DNA from: Candidatus Thorarchaeota archaeon
GTDB taxonomy: Archaea > Asgardarchaeota > Thorarchaeia > Thorarchaeales > Thorarchaeaceae
NCBI GenBank assembly: GCA_048882485.1
Contig: JBHLRP010000015.1
Coordinates: forward strand, 8,327-67,536
DNA length: 59,210 nt
Direction: 5' to 3'
A program made the position numbers and the translations under genes. The notes beneath the pieces were generated by a model. It saw nothing but the letters and a program-made list of their open reading frames with translations. It did not search any database and was not told the DNA's origin. This document shows, piece after piece, positions 1-10,024 of the stretch. Numbering within the stretch: position 1 is the first letter of the stretch; each line of letters starts with the position of its first letter.

Positions 1-1344
1 GCTGCATCATTCAATGCTCCATTAGGAGGTACACTTTTCGGGATTGAGATAATAGCAGGAGGGCTAGTTGGATTCTCTATCATTCCAGTTATCCTGTCAT
101 CTGTCGTGGCGACCGCACTAGCAAATGCAATCCTTGGTAATCAGCCTTCATTTCAAGCACCTCTGTTCTCTTTGAACAACTATTTTGAACTTGGATTCTA
201 TTTGATTTTAGGACTTCTTTTTGGGCTTATCAGCGTCGCATGGACAAGAGGCTTCTATACCATTGAAGACTTCCTTGAGCGCCTTAGAGTATCAAAATAC
301 CTTCTGCCTGCGATTGGTGGCTTGCTCGTAGGTGGTCTTGCGATATCTGTTGTCTTCGTAGAGCAGGCATTTACTTATTCCGGTTTCTTCAAGCCCAACG
401 AACCATACTTCCCAGCCAATATGGGGGTAGGGTATGCATTCATGGATACAGCCCTGCTTGGTAGTGTACCGCTTGCTGTGCTTCTCATCTTTGGGATAGT
501 GAAAGCATTATCAACATCATTCACCTTGGGCTCAGGGGGTTCTGGTGGAGTCTTTGCGCCGACTCTGTATATGGGAACAGCCTTGGGCGGAGCTTTCGGT
601 CTAGCATGCTCAATTGCTTTTCCAGGTGTGATTCCAGAGCCAATGGCCTTTGGTATCGTTGGAATGGCTGCCCTCTTTGCGGGATCTGGAAGAGCACCAA
701 TTACATGCATTGTAATGGTGATGGAGATGACAAGTGACTATTCCATGATTCTCCCATTAATGATAGCGGTATCAACCTCATTCCTTGTTGCATCTTCAAT
801 AGAGGAGGAGAGCATCTACAGTCTAAAACTGTCACGAAGGGGTGTGAAACTAAGACGCGGATCTTATATTGGCGCTCTGAGAGAGATCAAAGCTGGACAG
901 GTCATGACTAAACTCCCGACTGCGCTGGCTCCTGACATGACAAAGGAGGAAGTGCTCAAGATAGTCGACGACACACAGCACACGAAGTTCCCAGTAGTCA
1001 ATGGAGAAGGGCGAGTCGTCGGGACAATCATTACAGAAGATTTGTTCTGTGAGATTGCAATAGAAGGCACGTGTCCAGTAGAGGCTCTTATGAACCCTGA
1101 CTTTTTGCATATCACTGCAGACAGCTCGATGGATAGTGTTCTTCACGCCATGCTCGAACGGGGTGAAGGCCATGCCGTCGTCGTGGACGCAATGAATCCA
1201 CACAAGATGATCGGGTTCATCACAAAAGCAGATGTGCTTCGAGCCTACGAGCTTTCAATCGTCAGACTCAGAGAAGAAGGAGAACCCATAGATGCAATTG
1301 ATCCTTTAAGTACAATACTTGAATCGATTGATGGGATTGAGTAG
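1..1344 (+). CDS. CLC chloride channel/H+-Cl- antiporter with C-terminal CBS pair (5' truncated by window edge)
   Basis: Frame is open from base 1 (AASFNAPLGGTLFGIE). CLC motifs GSGGVFAP and GRAPIT, Y in SIYSLKL, two CBS domains at the C-terminus. Confidence 0.93.
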   Translation, partial: AASFNAPLGGTLFGIEIIAGGLVGFSIIPVILSSVVATALANAILGNQPSFQAPLFSLNNYFELGFYLILGLLFGLISVAWTRGFYTIEDFLERLRVSKYLLPAIGGLLVGGLAISVVFVEQAFTYSGFFKPNEPYFPANMGVGYAFMDTALLGSVPLAVLLIFGIVKALSTSFTLGSGGSGGVFAPTLYMGTALGGAFGLACSIAFPGVIPEPMAFGIVGMAALFAGSGRAPITCIVMVMEMTSDYSMILPLMIAVSTSFLVASSIEEESIYSLKLSRRGVKLRRGSYIGALREIKAGQVMTKLPTALAPDMTKEEVLKIVDDTQHTKFPVVNGEGRVVGTIITEDLFCEIAIEGTCPVEALMNPDFLHITADSSMDSVLHAMLERGEGHAVVVDAMNPHKMIGFITKADVLRAYELSIVRLREEGEPIDAIDPLSTILESIDGIE

Positions 1345-1367
1345 TTCTACACAGTCATCATTACGAA

Positions 1368-1601
1368 TTAGACTCGTTGATTAAGTTCTACCGTATCACG
1401 GTCGCGAATTTGCTTCTCAGGCTCTGCCAGAGCATTATTGATGTAGCATTCTCCAACATCGCTCAATTTCAATCCCAATCGATTCAATAAGTCTCGGAAA
1501 TGCTCTCCTTCGACATAATCGCATAAAAGGATAGTATTGGCGTCAGGAATGCTCTTCCTGACCGTTTCTTTGAGATTGCCATAGAGAAGAACTTCGATCA
1601 T
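1368..1601 (-). CDS. MoaD/ThiS-like ubiquitin-fold small protein lacking the C-terminal Gly-Gly
   Basis: MIEVLLYGNLKE...LLNRLGL...YINN...IRDRDTVEL matches the beta-grasp MoaD/SAMP pattern. Ends in NQRV. ATG 1601 preferred over the upstream TTG. Confidence 0.65.
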   Translation of the reverse strand: MIEVLLYGNLKETVRKSIPDANTILLCDYVEGEHFRDLLNRLGLKLSDVGECYINNALAEPEKQIRDRDTVELNQRV

Positions 1602-1651
1602 ATTTCTAAATGCGTTTCTCAAAAGATAAGGAGTTCGCAAGGAGCTTTCTC

Positions 1652-1675
1652 AAAATGAAAAAGAGTGGTCAACAG
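1652..1675 (+). repeat. Dispersed repeat, degenerate core only
   Basis: AAAATGAAAAAGAGTGGTCAACAG vs consensus AAAATGAAAGGGTGCTCAGCA. Confidence 0.5.
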
Positions 1676-1740
1676 GACAGTGTAAATATTCAAGATCATA
1701 TCGGCCTTCGACTTGACCCTTATCGCCTAATTCATACTCC

Positions 1741-3033
1741 CTAAGGGAAAATTCCTCTAAGCTCAATAGCTCGAGCTACTCTTCTGATAGCGAGGGCTAA
1801 CGCGGCTCTTCTTAGGCTTTTCAGATTATATTTCTCAGCTGTTTCATCCACCTCACAGTAGGCACGAATGAGCACCTCACGGAGCCTATCATTGACCTGT
1901 TTTTCATCCCAGAAGAAGTACTGAAGCCCTTGTACCCATTCCAAGTAGGAAACTGTCACTCCGCCGGCATTTGCCAGAATGTCTGGTATCACAGTAATTT
2001 GCCGTTCCTGGAGAATATCATCAGCTTGCGCCGTAGTGGGTCCATTTGCGCCCTCTACAATCATGCTTGCTCCTATGGAATCGGCATTTTCTTTGCTTAT
2101 CACCTCTCCAATTGCGCATGGAGCAAGGACATCCACATCCAAATTGAAGAGCTCCTCATTTGTGAGGGCATCCAATCCTGGGTAGCCTTCAACGGATTTC
2201 CTTGGGTGCTGAGATGCATATTCTAGTATCTTCATCGTATCCAATCCATCGGGGTCATAGACGCCTCCGAATGCATCTGTTATACCCACAATCTTGGCTC
2301 CAGCCTGGCTAGCTGAAAGTGCGAAGTGACTTCCCACATTCCCAAACCCCTGTAGGGCAATAGTGATTCCTTTACATTTTCTCTTTTGCTGGCGAAGAGC
2401 CTCCTGCATGGTATAGAACACTCCTCTTCCAGTAGCTTCAACTCTGCCCACACTTCCTCCAGTTTCTACAGGCTTTCCTGTAACCACACCGAGCTCGGTA
2501 TGACCTTTTATCATTGAATATGTGTCCATAATCCACGCCATCATCTGGGGATTGGTGTTAATATCTGGCGCGGGGATATCTGATTCTGGTCCAATCATAT
2601 TGATTAAACTATAAGTAAAACGCCGAGTCAATTTCCTTAGCTCATCTGATGACAAACTCCAAGGATCACAAACAACGCCCCCTTTCGCACCACCATATGG
2701 AATATTGACGACTGCTGTTTTCCAAGTCATTAGAGCAGCAAGAGCTTTGACTTCATCAAGATTCACATTTGGACTGAATCTGATTCCTCCTTTGCAAGGT
2801 CCCCGATGATGGGAGTGTTGGACTCTATACCCTTCAAACACTTTTACAATGCCATCATCCATCTGAACTGGAATACTAGTGATGAGTATTCTATCTGGCT
2901 TTTCTAGAATACTTAGTATATTACTATCCAATTTGATAATTTCAGCAACATCTCGCAGCTGAGTGAGAACATTATTCCACGGGTTTGTTTCCATCTTTTC
3001 TTGAATTTCTCGATGCATAGACATTATCTCCAT
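1741..3033 (-). CDS. gdhA: Glutamate dehydrogenase (Glu/Leu/Phe/Val family)
   Basis: GPCKGGIRF, MTWKTA, GGAKGG, DIPAPD, TGKP..GGS.GR.EATGRG, GFGNVG, EGANGP, PDILANAGGV. GGAGG RBS before ATG 3033. Confidence 0.95.
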   Translation of the reverse strand: MEIMSMHREIQEKMETNPWNNVLTQLRDVAEIIKLDSNILSILEKPDRILITSIPVQMDDGIVKVFEGYRVQHSHHRGPCKGGIRFSPNVNLDEVKALAALMTWKTAVVNIPYGGAKGGVVCDPWSLSSDELRKLTRRFTYSLINMIGPESDIPAPDINTNPQMMAWIMDTYSMIKGHTELGVVTGKPVETGGSVGRVEATGRGVFYTMQEALRQQKRKCKGITIALQGFGNVGSHFALSASQAGAKIVGITDAFGGVYDPDGLDTMKILEYASQHPRKSVEGYPGLDALTNEELFNLDVDVLAPCAIGEVISKENADSIGASMIVEGANGPTTAQADDILQERQITVIPDILANAGGVTVSYLEWVQGLQYFFWDEKQVNDRLREVLIRAYCEVDETAEKYNLKSLRRAALALAIRRVARAIELRGIFP

Positions 3034-3089
3034 GTTTTTCGACCTCCTATTCCCAACCACGTTTATGGTGATAATCACATGATAATTTG

Positions 3090-3896
3090 CTAATCTATCG
3101 TAATACTCAGAAACAGACTTTCCATATCCTCCACAATTCTATTCGCATCTTCCAGAAAATCCGGTTTACTATCATAGTCCCATTCGCATAGCCAACCTCC
3201 TGACTCTTCCCTCCTCCGTTTACCATTTTGTAATCGAAAACCCATAAAGGCAGGCTTTGGAGAAAGCGACATTCTAAGATTAATCCAATTTGGAAGCGTC
3301 GTGATGAAGTTCATTGTTTGATCGAATGCAACACGGATTGGAAGTGTGGGAGAAGACTTTACATACCACTCGGGAGAAATGCAGTCCTCTAGTGGACCCT
3401 CGTACCAATCTAATTGCAATGTTCGGGCAATCATGCCTGGCCATATTAGAAGTACAAAAGCTAGCTCGGCTTCGCGTTCGTCACAATATCCCCCTCGAGC
3501 TCTTATAGCTAAGGCCGCACAAGGAACCGATTCAGGAATGAGTGCCGCACTCCAATTCCTCAGCATTATCAAGAATGTCTTCCTAGCTTCTATGTAACTC
3601 ATGTTCGATCTGTATTTGTAAAGTGGAAGTTGTACAATTCTTGCCCTTGATGGGAGTCTGCCACAGATCTCATTCCAAAGCTCAGAACTCAAACTATTGA
3701 ATCTTCCAGAATGATCTATTTTTTCTCCCCCCCTAGGTAGTTCAAGGGGAACCGGGTTGTGTGAATCTATCGGGAAATGGCCCGGAATGGTATCAACAAG
3801 TCTGATTTCCTCGTGAATAGCGATATTTGGAAGATCTAGTAGATTCCTAAGACTTCCCCAAACCAAAGATAATCCATAATTCGTCGAGGATTCCAT
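3090..3896 (-). CDS. Hypothetical protein between the two dehydrogenase genes
   Basis: 268-aa ORF starting 5 bp after the upstream dehydrogenase stop, same strand. No family recognised. Confidence 0.7.
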   Translation of the reverse strand: MESSTNYGLSLVWGSLRNLLDLPNIAIHEEIRLVDTIPGHFPIDSHNPVPLELPRGGEKIDHSGRFNSLSSELWNEICGRLPSRARIVQLPLYKYRSNMSYIEARKTFLIMLRNWSAALIPESVPCAALAIRARGGYCDEREAELAFVLLIWPGMIARTLQLDWYEGPLEDCISPEWYVKSSPTLPIRVAFDQTMNFITTLPNWINLRMSLSPKPAFMGFRLQNGKRRREESGGWLCEWDYDSKPDFLEDANRIVEDMESLFLSITID

Positions 3897-3901
3897 TTGG
3901 C

Positions 3902-5110
3902 CTACCTGCCTTCGTATTTTCCTCGCCTTTCCATTGCATCCAGAACTCTTTGTTGAGCAATTTCCTTTGCTATCACTCGTGGACTTAGACCTCTATCTAG
4001 AGCCTGCTCCAATACAAGTCGGGTATTGCTACTAATTTTGGATTCTATCATGGAGAATGCCTCAGCTTCATTTCCCCTCTTGTATTCCACATACGAGCCT
4101 ATGACTCCGCCAGCATTCGCAAGAAAGTCTGGTATGATAATCGCTCCCTTCTTCCATAGCAACTCTTCTGCCCGGGGATTTGTAGCGTTGTTTGCCCCCT
4201 CAATGATATATCTGGCCTTAATCGAGTCATAGGTATTCAGATTTATAACATCCCCCACTGCACATGGAATTAGAATGTCGCAGTCGATACTCAGAATTTC
4301 ATCTCGGGGCAGTATTTGACCAAACCTATAGTTCTTGACAGAGTCTCTTTCTCGTGTTGCATAGGAATGCTTCTCAGCATTCTCGATATCAATCCCATCA
4401 GGATTGTATGTTGTCCCCCAGTAGTCGTTAAGTGCAACTATTTTAGCTCCTTTTGCAGCAAGGTACTTTGCAATTCCCAAACCAACATTACCAAAGCCTT
4501 GGATAACGATCCTGTTCTCAGATAGATCCTCACAGAGACCGAGATGATCACACAGAATTCCAAGTCCGGTTTCTAGAGCAATTCCTACTCCAAATCCGGT
4601 TGTGCCAAGCTCATGGGGGATTCCACCCATCGATGCCGGCTTGCCTGTAGCAGCTTTAAGGTCTCCGACTTCATCAACAAATGCTGCCACCTCATTTTCT
4701 CCAACATTCATATCTGGAGCCGCAATATATTGCGATGGTACAAGAGGCGCTATTTTACTTGCGAATTCTCTGATGAATCTGATTTTGTCGATCTCGAACG
4801 GATTCGCTCTGATTCCGGATTTTGCCCCTCCAAATGGGATGTCTGCAAGTGCACACTTCCAAGTCATAGCTCGTGCCAACCGAAATACTTCCAGAGGAGT
4901 AACTGTAGGAGATATTCGAATGCCCCCTTTGCCAGGTCCAAGAGCCGTATTATCAATGACGAGAACTCCCTGCATTTGAGTTTCCGGATCATAGACTTGG
5001 ATTACTTCCTCTGGCCCCCAAATGTCGAGAAAGGCTGAAACATTAACCTGATTCAAAGCGTCTATTATACCTTCAGCATCGATAACTTCGGTGTCCCTTT
5101 GCACAGACAT
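3902..5110 (-). CDS. Second Glu/Leu/Phe/Val dehydrogenase (divergent GDH paralogue)
   Basis: GPGKGGIR, MTWKCA, GGAKSG, APDMN, TGKP..GGIPHELGTTGFG, GFGNVG, PDFLANAGGV. Start could be GTG 5119. Confidence 0.92.
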   Translation of the reverse strand: MSVQRDTEVIDAEGIIDALNQVNVSAFLDIWGPEEVIQVYDPETQMQGVLVIDNTALGPGKGGIRISPTVTPLEVFRLARAMTWKCALADIPFGGAKSGIRANPFEIDKIRFIREFASKIAPLVPSQYIAAPDMNVGENEVAAFVDEVGDLKAATGKPASMGGIPHELGTTGFGVGIALETGLGILCDHLGLCEDLSENRIVIQGFGNVGLGIAKYLAAKGAKIVALNDYWGTTYNPDGIDIENAEKHSYATRERDSVKNYRFGQILPRDEILSIDCDILIPCAVGDVINLNTYDSIKARYIIEGANNATNPRAEELLWKKGAIIIPDFLANAGGVIGSYVEYKRGNEAEAFSMIESKISSNTRLVLEQALDRGLSPRVIAKEIAQQRVLDAMERRGKYEGR

Positions 5111-5338
5111 CCTTATCACTTGAGTACAGAATGAAAGACATACTATATAGAAAGGACGTAATTGACATGTACAATTGTGCCATCTCTATATAAGACTTAA
5201 CGACATTGGTGCCATAAATGCCTAACTTTGTTCATAAAATCGGTATATTAAAATGTACAAATTTGGCACACTATCAATAGCATTATGCCTTCATAATACA
5301 ATCCCTAGCTGGAATCTAGTTGTTACGAGACTGCCAAA

Positions 5339-6415
5339 ATGACTGATCCACTTAATGACCCGTTGAATGTTGAATTGCTCAAGCTAGTCTGCTCAGGACA
5401 GGGGGTTGAGATTAATGTGAGTGAACTTGCTGAAACTTTCAGAAAACATAGGAACACTATTTCATCACGAATTGATAATATCTTCAGGCATGAAATTGTA
5501 GACAAACCATTTCATCCTTTGCCATTACTGTTCAATCAGTACCCCTTTCTAGTTATTGAAAAATGCGAGTTCCCGCGTGATATTAGAACTAACAAGTGGA
5601 TTGAATTGGATCCTTTCATATGGGCGGCATTCTTCTTTAGAGATGAAGAGTATAATACTCTATTAATCGAACTCCATAAAGACTTGTTTCATTACCAAAC
5701 GTGGAAAGATCGTATTGTTGATGAGGGACTAGTTTCTATCAAGCGAGGTCGTGACTATATACATTCGCAAGCAATCTACGTTGATACAAAGGCGATAGTC
5801 AAATATGACCCTTCATCAAATTTGCATGTAATTAAGGAGAATCAGCGAGAGGGCATTCTTGGAGAAGTAAATGGTCTGGAAATGGACAATACATACCTGA
5901 ACCTTATAGAAGCTCTCCTACGAGGGAGAGGAGTGTGGACTAATCCTAATGCTCTTGCCAAAAGATTAGGGATACACCGCAGAACTGCGCAACGACGCTT
6001 GAAGCTTTTGCTAGATAAGCGAATAATCTCACCAGCAGTGTCTCGATTTCCACGAATTTGGGTACCTCCTCAATACTTCATGGTGCTTTCATTACTCGAA
6101 ATAAAATCACACAAAGAGCAGATTCAAAATGCGCTTTCTGCTGACCCGCATATTTCTTTCTTAGCGAAGACCGTCGCTGATCGCTATAATTACGTCAGCA
6201 TTGCTGGATTCTACAAAGTACGAGACCATCTGAATTGGGAGGAGGAGTATAGCCAGAGGTTCTCAGAATCGCTCGGCGCCGTAAAGAATGTCTATTTATC
6301 GCCCGCTATGACTTTCTCGATTCACCAACAGTTTGTCGCACTCACATACCTGGACCAACTAGCAGACCAGCTACGAGGAAGACAACTACTTAGTAGCATG
6401 AGAGGTCGTGGCTGA
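5339..6415 (+). CDS. Internally duplicated Lrp/AsnC-like transcription regulator (2x HTH + ligand domain)
   Basis: Two HTH-like segments (SELAETFRKHRNTISSRI; NALAKRLGIHRRTAQRRLKLL), each followed by a RAM-like domain. Divergent from the gdh cluster; paralogue of 8480..9523. Confidence 0.75.
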   Translation: MTDPLNDPLNVELLKLVCSGQGVEINVSELAETFRKHRNTISSRIDNIFRHEIVDKPFHPLPLLFNQYPFLVIEKCEFPRDIRTNKWIELDPFIWAAFFFRDEEYNTLLIELHKDLFHYQTWKDRIVDEGLVSIKRGRDYIHSQAIYVDTKAIVKYDPSSNLHVIKENQREGILGEVNGLEMDNTYLNLIEALLRGRGVWTNPNALAKRLGIHRRTAQRRLKLLLDKRIISPAVSRFPRIWVPPQYFMVLSLLEIKSHKEQIQNALSADPHISFLAKTVADRYNYVSIAGFYKVRDHLNWEEEYSQRFSESLGAVKNVYLSPAMTFSIHQQFVALTYLDQLADQLRGRQLLSSMRGRG

Positions 6416-6550
6416 TTCAACATGACTCTCTTGATTTCATGGGTGATTCGGTTTTCAGTTCCAATGAGTGTAAAGACCGTTTATGATCATACAAGAGAGT
6501 TACTCGGGAAACAGGATTTCTCCAAAAATCCCTTTTATTCATTTACCTCA

Positions 6551-7336
6551 CTAAAAGAACATTACCTTGGTTAGGGTAAAGAGACCTATTGCTATCACTG
6601 CTACGCCTATTACCTCTCTTAATCTATTCATACTAATCTTTGAAACAGTCAATGCTGCGAACGGCGTTGCTAGCAATGCTCCTGCACAGACAGGTAACAA
6701 TATCGTCAATACATCTATGCTTCCGATAAAGAGGTATCCAATTACTCCCATTACGCACACCACCGCCTCAGATATTGAGGTTACAGCAATGGCAGCCTTT
6801 CCGTCAACCCCACTGAGTAATTGCCCAGAAACAGACACCGGACCATACCCTCCACCTGATATACCTTTGTTGAAGGCACATAATAGCCCTATTGAGGCCA
6901 TCTTCTTTAACTGGTATCCTCCCATGTGGTTTCTTCTAAGCAATACCAGACTTCCCATGGCAATAACAAGAAATGCAATATAGACCTTGACGTAGAATGA
7001 CGGAATTGAGATAGCAAAGATCATAGCAACAGCAATTCCTAGAACCCCTGATAACACAAGTACTCTCAAAGAAACTCTAGCAATCTTGTTGTTCACAATA
7101 TCCACATTTCCTGCTTGATTATGGAAATAACCACTAGCGAACCCAGTCAGTATCTCACTTACTAATATCGCAGGGACAATAATCAGTGGCTCAAATCCGA
7201 AAATTATGAGCAATGGTGTCATAATCGTGCCATAGCCCCCACCCAAAGTGGAATCTACCAGTTCCAAGAAGAATGCTAACAGGACTAGCTCCAAAACTAC
7301 ATCATTCAGGAAACTCACCCCTCGCTCCGTATTCAT
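6551..7336 (-). CDS. TauE/SafE family sulfite exporter
   Basis: DSTLGGGYGTIMTPLL and the repeated GISGGGYGP motif; about 8 hydrophobic helices. Confidence 0.88.
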   Translation of the reverse strand: MNTERGVSFLNDVVLELVLLAFFLELVDSTLGGGYGTIMTPLLIIFGFEPLIIVPAILVSEILTGFASGYFHNQAGNVDIVNNKIARVSLRVLVLSGVLGIAVAMIFAISIPSFYVKVYIAFLVIAMGSLVLLRRNHMGGYQLKKMASIGLLCAFNKGISGGGYGPVSVSGQLLSGVDGKAAIAVTSISEAVVCVMGVIGYLFIGSIDVLTILLPVCAGALLATPFAALTVSKISMNRLREVIGVAVIAIGLFTLTKVMFF

Positions 7337-7527
7337 TTCTCAGTAGCTGGAGTGTACCACTTCTAGTTCGATGTTTTTTTATTCTACGTTCCCACTCCTT
7401 CTCCTTACGTGACTTCTTGGGCTTCTTCGGCTTAGACCTGAGAGCGATCCAACCATAGTAGATGACGAGTCCCAGAATCACGAAGAAGATGTAGAAGGAC
7501 CACCTGTCCGAGAAAGGCGATATTCAT
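7302..7527 (-). pseudogene. Small single-TM protein with basic tail, interrupted by a +1 frameshift
   Basis: ATG 7527 (after a GGGGGA RBS) gives MNIAFLGQVV. Removing one base near 7497 continues FYIFFVILGLVIYYGWIALRSKPKKPKK... to TGA 7302. Confidence 0.5.
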
Positions 7528-7574
7528 ATTCCCCCTTCGCTTCTACAGCAGAGATGCCTAATTAGCTCGTTCCA

Positions 7575-8294
7575 CTAGGCGACTACGGCTGCATGTGGTC
7601 CCTTTCTGATTTTGGTTTCCATTCTTTCGATTCGCTTTAGGATTCGATCAAGAGTGTGTATCATCCCTTCAAGGTTCTCATCTAGAGCTCCATGGGTCAT
7701 GATTTTCTCTACATTCAGTAAGGCAAGCTGCGCCTCATATATCGTGTCATAGACAGTGCTTGGATACTTGACTATGTAGTCCTCAGTCAAGACGTATCTT
7801 ATCAGGTTGAGTATCTCCTCTGTCCCGAAGACCTTCATATCAATAGCCCTTCGGGGACACCCGGCAACACAAACACCGCAACCTCGACATCTTTCCTGAC
7901 GTACGGCTATGCATCTGTTGACTATTATTGGTGCATCCCATGGACACAAGTCAGTACAAAGACCACATAGTATGCAACCTTTGGCACCATCCATCCTAAC
8001 CTCTATTGTAGACACTAGGGCGAGCTCTGTTGCATTTAGTGCTTCTTTTGGGTCCCCAATTATCTCAGCCTCAGATTCTGTGAGCGTTTTTCTTTCAGGG
8101 TCATGCAGAATGGTGGGAACAACTCCTCGTTTCTTCAGCTCTCTTTCAATCTTGGAAATATAAACGGAACATGTGCTTATTGTATTCTTCAAAGAAACTA
8201 ACATCAGTTTGAGGTCGCTGTCAGAATGATTGGCCGCCCGTCTAGGGAGCATAACACTGAACGAGTGCCTTCTTCCAGATGCAACGTCGGTCAT
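7575..8294 (-). CDS. 2x[4Fe-4S] ferredoxin-domain protein with helical flanks
   Basis: CILCGLCTDLCP and CRGCGVCVAGCP motifs; coiled-coil-like N- and C-terminal segments. Confidence 0.85.
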   Translation of the reverse strand: MTDVASGRRHSFSVMLPRRAANHSDSDLKLMLVSLKNTISTCSVYISKIERELKKRGVVPTILHDPERKTLTESEAEIIGDPKEALNATELALVSTIEVRMDGAKGCILCGLCTDLCPWDAPIIVNRCIAVRQERCRGCGVCVAGCPRRAIDMKVFGTEEILNLIRYVLTEDYIVKYPSTVYDTIYEAQLALLNVEKIMTHGALDENLEGMIHTLDRILKRIERMETKIRKGPHAAVVA

Positions 8295-8479
8295 TTTGCT
8301 TCGGTTAAGATGTGGAATGATTTGTAGATATATGACAGCTACAAATTCGGGTTTGAAAATGTCACATGTGCTCCTTTTGGAGACTTCAATTCAATCATAT
8401 TGGACATACCACGCCTATATAACGTGCATTTTGCGCCTCAAGGGTAAATATCCTATTGGTAGAATCATTATGTTCAGTC

Positions 8480-9523
8480 CTAATTGGATAGTTTCTTTCT
8501 TCGCAATTGCTTCAGTCTTCGCTCTATTATCCCCAAGGACACCTTCTGTTGGTTGAGGGACAACCGCATCTTAGGTGGGAGAAGGGTTATGGCTACCATG
8601 CCAAAACAACCCGGATAGATGTTAGAGTATTTCTCTTCCCAAATGAGATGGTCTTCAATACTACGATAATTCGCAAAAAGAAGGTAATTATACCTACCCA
8701 TACTTGTTCTGTAAATGATGCTCAAGTGCGGGTCGTTCATCCATTCTACCAGAATATCTTCACGGTGATTCTTCATCTCAATAAGGGAGAATGCAAGGAT
8801 AAATCCTGGCGGGCTAAAGAACTGCGGAAACCTACACAAGGGATTAAGAATAATCCCTGCTCTTGTCATCTTTGCTATCCTGTTTTGTACAGCCCGTCTA
8901 CTCAAGCCCACCTCTCTCGACAGAAAACTCTCGTTGACCTTTATCCCTCTTCCTTCCAGAAGATGCCTTAGGATTTCGAAATCTAGACCCTTTAGTTCAT
9001 AGCCATCAATGTCAGCATACCCTTGATTCTCGACCTCCTCCTCTATCAGTTTTAGTCCCATGTTGGGTTCATATTTGACTATGAGTTTGTTTGAGAAGAA
9101 GAGCACACTCGACGGGAATCTTGTATTTCGCGAAGGGACTACTCCTTTTTCCACAAGTGACTCCCTCCACATATAGTGCCCATAGAGATCCGTGTGAAAC
9201 TCGAGCCGAATCGTGTTGAATTCTTCTTCTCTTATCTTGAAAGAAGCGAAGATTCTCTCGTCGTCTTTCATCCATTGCTCGATTTTTCTGCTGTGAGGCA
9301 GGTCTGCCCGAGTGACGACCAGCAATGGGTATTCTTTTAGTAAGTGTATGAAAGGGAATACAGGTCGATCGATAATTCCTTGTTCGAGAAGAACACTCAC
9401 CCTTTCTTTTATGGTATTTCTGTGCTTTCTCAGAAGCCTTGACAACATGCTGATGTTTACGTTCACCCCCTTTCCAGAGCAGATGTTCTTGAGGAGGAGC
9501 AAGTTCCTTTCATCATCAAGCAA
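8480..9523 (-). CDS. Internally duplicated Lrp/AsnC-like transcription regulator (paralogue of 5339..6415)
   Basis: Shares LLK.(V/I)CSG.GV..N.S.L....KHRNTI, EE(Y/F)NT...E.H.DL, VKY(D/E)P, RFP....P, DPH.S, RYNY and HL.WEE.YS motifs with 5339..6415. Confidence 0.75.
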   Translation of the reverse strand: MLDDERNLLLLKNICSGKGVNVNISMLSRLLRKHRNTIKERVSVLLEQGIIDRPVFPFIHLLKEYPLLVVTRADLPHSRKIEQWMKDDERIFASFKIREEEFNTIRLEFHTDLYGHYMWRESLVEKGVVPSRNTRFPSSVLFFSNKLIVKYEPNMGLKLIEEEVENQGYADIDGYELKGLDFEILRHLLEGRGIKVNESFLSREVGLSRRAVQNRIAKMTRAGIILNPLCRFPQFFSPPGFILAFSLIEMKNHREDILVEWMNDPHLSIIYRTSMGRYNYLLFANYRSIEDHLIWEEKYSNIYPGCFGMVAITLLPPKMRLSLNQQKVSLGIIERRLKQLRRKKLSN

Positions 9524-9643
9524 TGTCCAAAACCCTCTCTATATCCGAATTGATTACTCCATCACAATATTAATTCCATTAACATCAGAAAAAGCCTATG
9601 ATTGATGTGCATTTTTGGATAATATTGGGCTATGATATATCGT

Positions 9644-9955
9644 TCAGTATATAGAAGATTGAAGGTCCACCATCTCTTGAGCAAGCTTACGGGTCTGTGC
9701 TATCATTCTCTCAACTCTTTTATCGCTGATTCTATAGAGTTTCCTGACGCCATCCTTTCGCACTCGTAATATTCCAGCTCTGACCATTTGAGTCAGATAG
9801 GCAGAAACTGTAGATTGAGCCAGACCAATTCGTGGGAATATATCACATTGGCATTGCTCACCGCCCAGGAGAAAGTCAACGATATCTAACCGAACAGGGT
9901 TGCCAAGCGCTTTGTGAAAATCTGCTCTCCATTTATTCGCTTTATTGATGTTCAT
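9644..9955 (-). CDS. arsR: ArsR/SmtB family transcription regulator
   Basis: FHKALGNPVRLDIV, CQCD metal site, LAQSTVSAYL helix, RKDG..KLYRI wing. Downstream of acr3. Confidence 0.9.
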   Translation of the reverse strand: MNINKANKWRADFHKALGNPVRLDIVDFLLGGEQCQCDIFPRIGLAQSTVSAYLTQMVRAGILRVRKDGVRKLYRISDKRVERMIAQTRKLAQEMVDLQSSIY

Positions 9956-10024
9956 CTGGCATCTCTCTCCATATCTGTATTCAAATCACAGCCAATAAAC
10001 CGCGTTGGCTTGACTGATTCGAAA

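Noticed and set aside
375-5038. Numerous antisense ORFs of 60-140 aa over the CLC and gdh genes (and similar ones throughout the window)
   Set aside because: Shadow frames of well-supported genes with no independent motifs.
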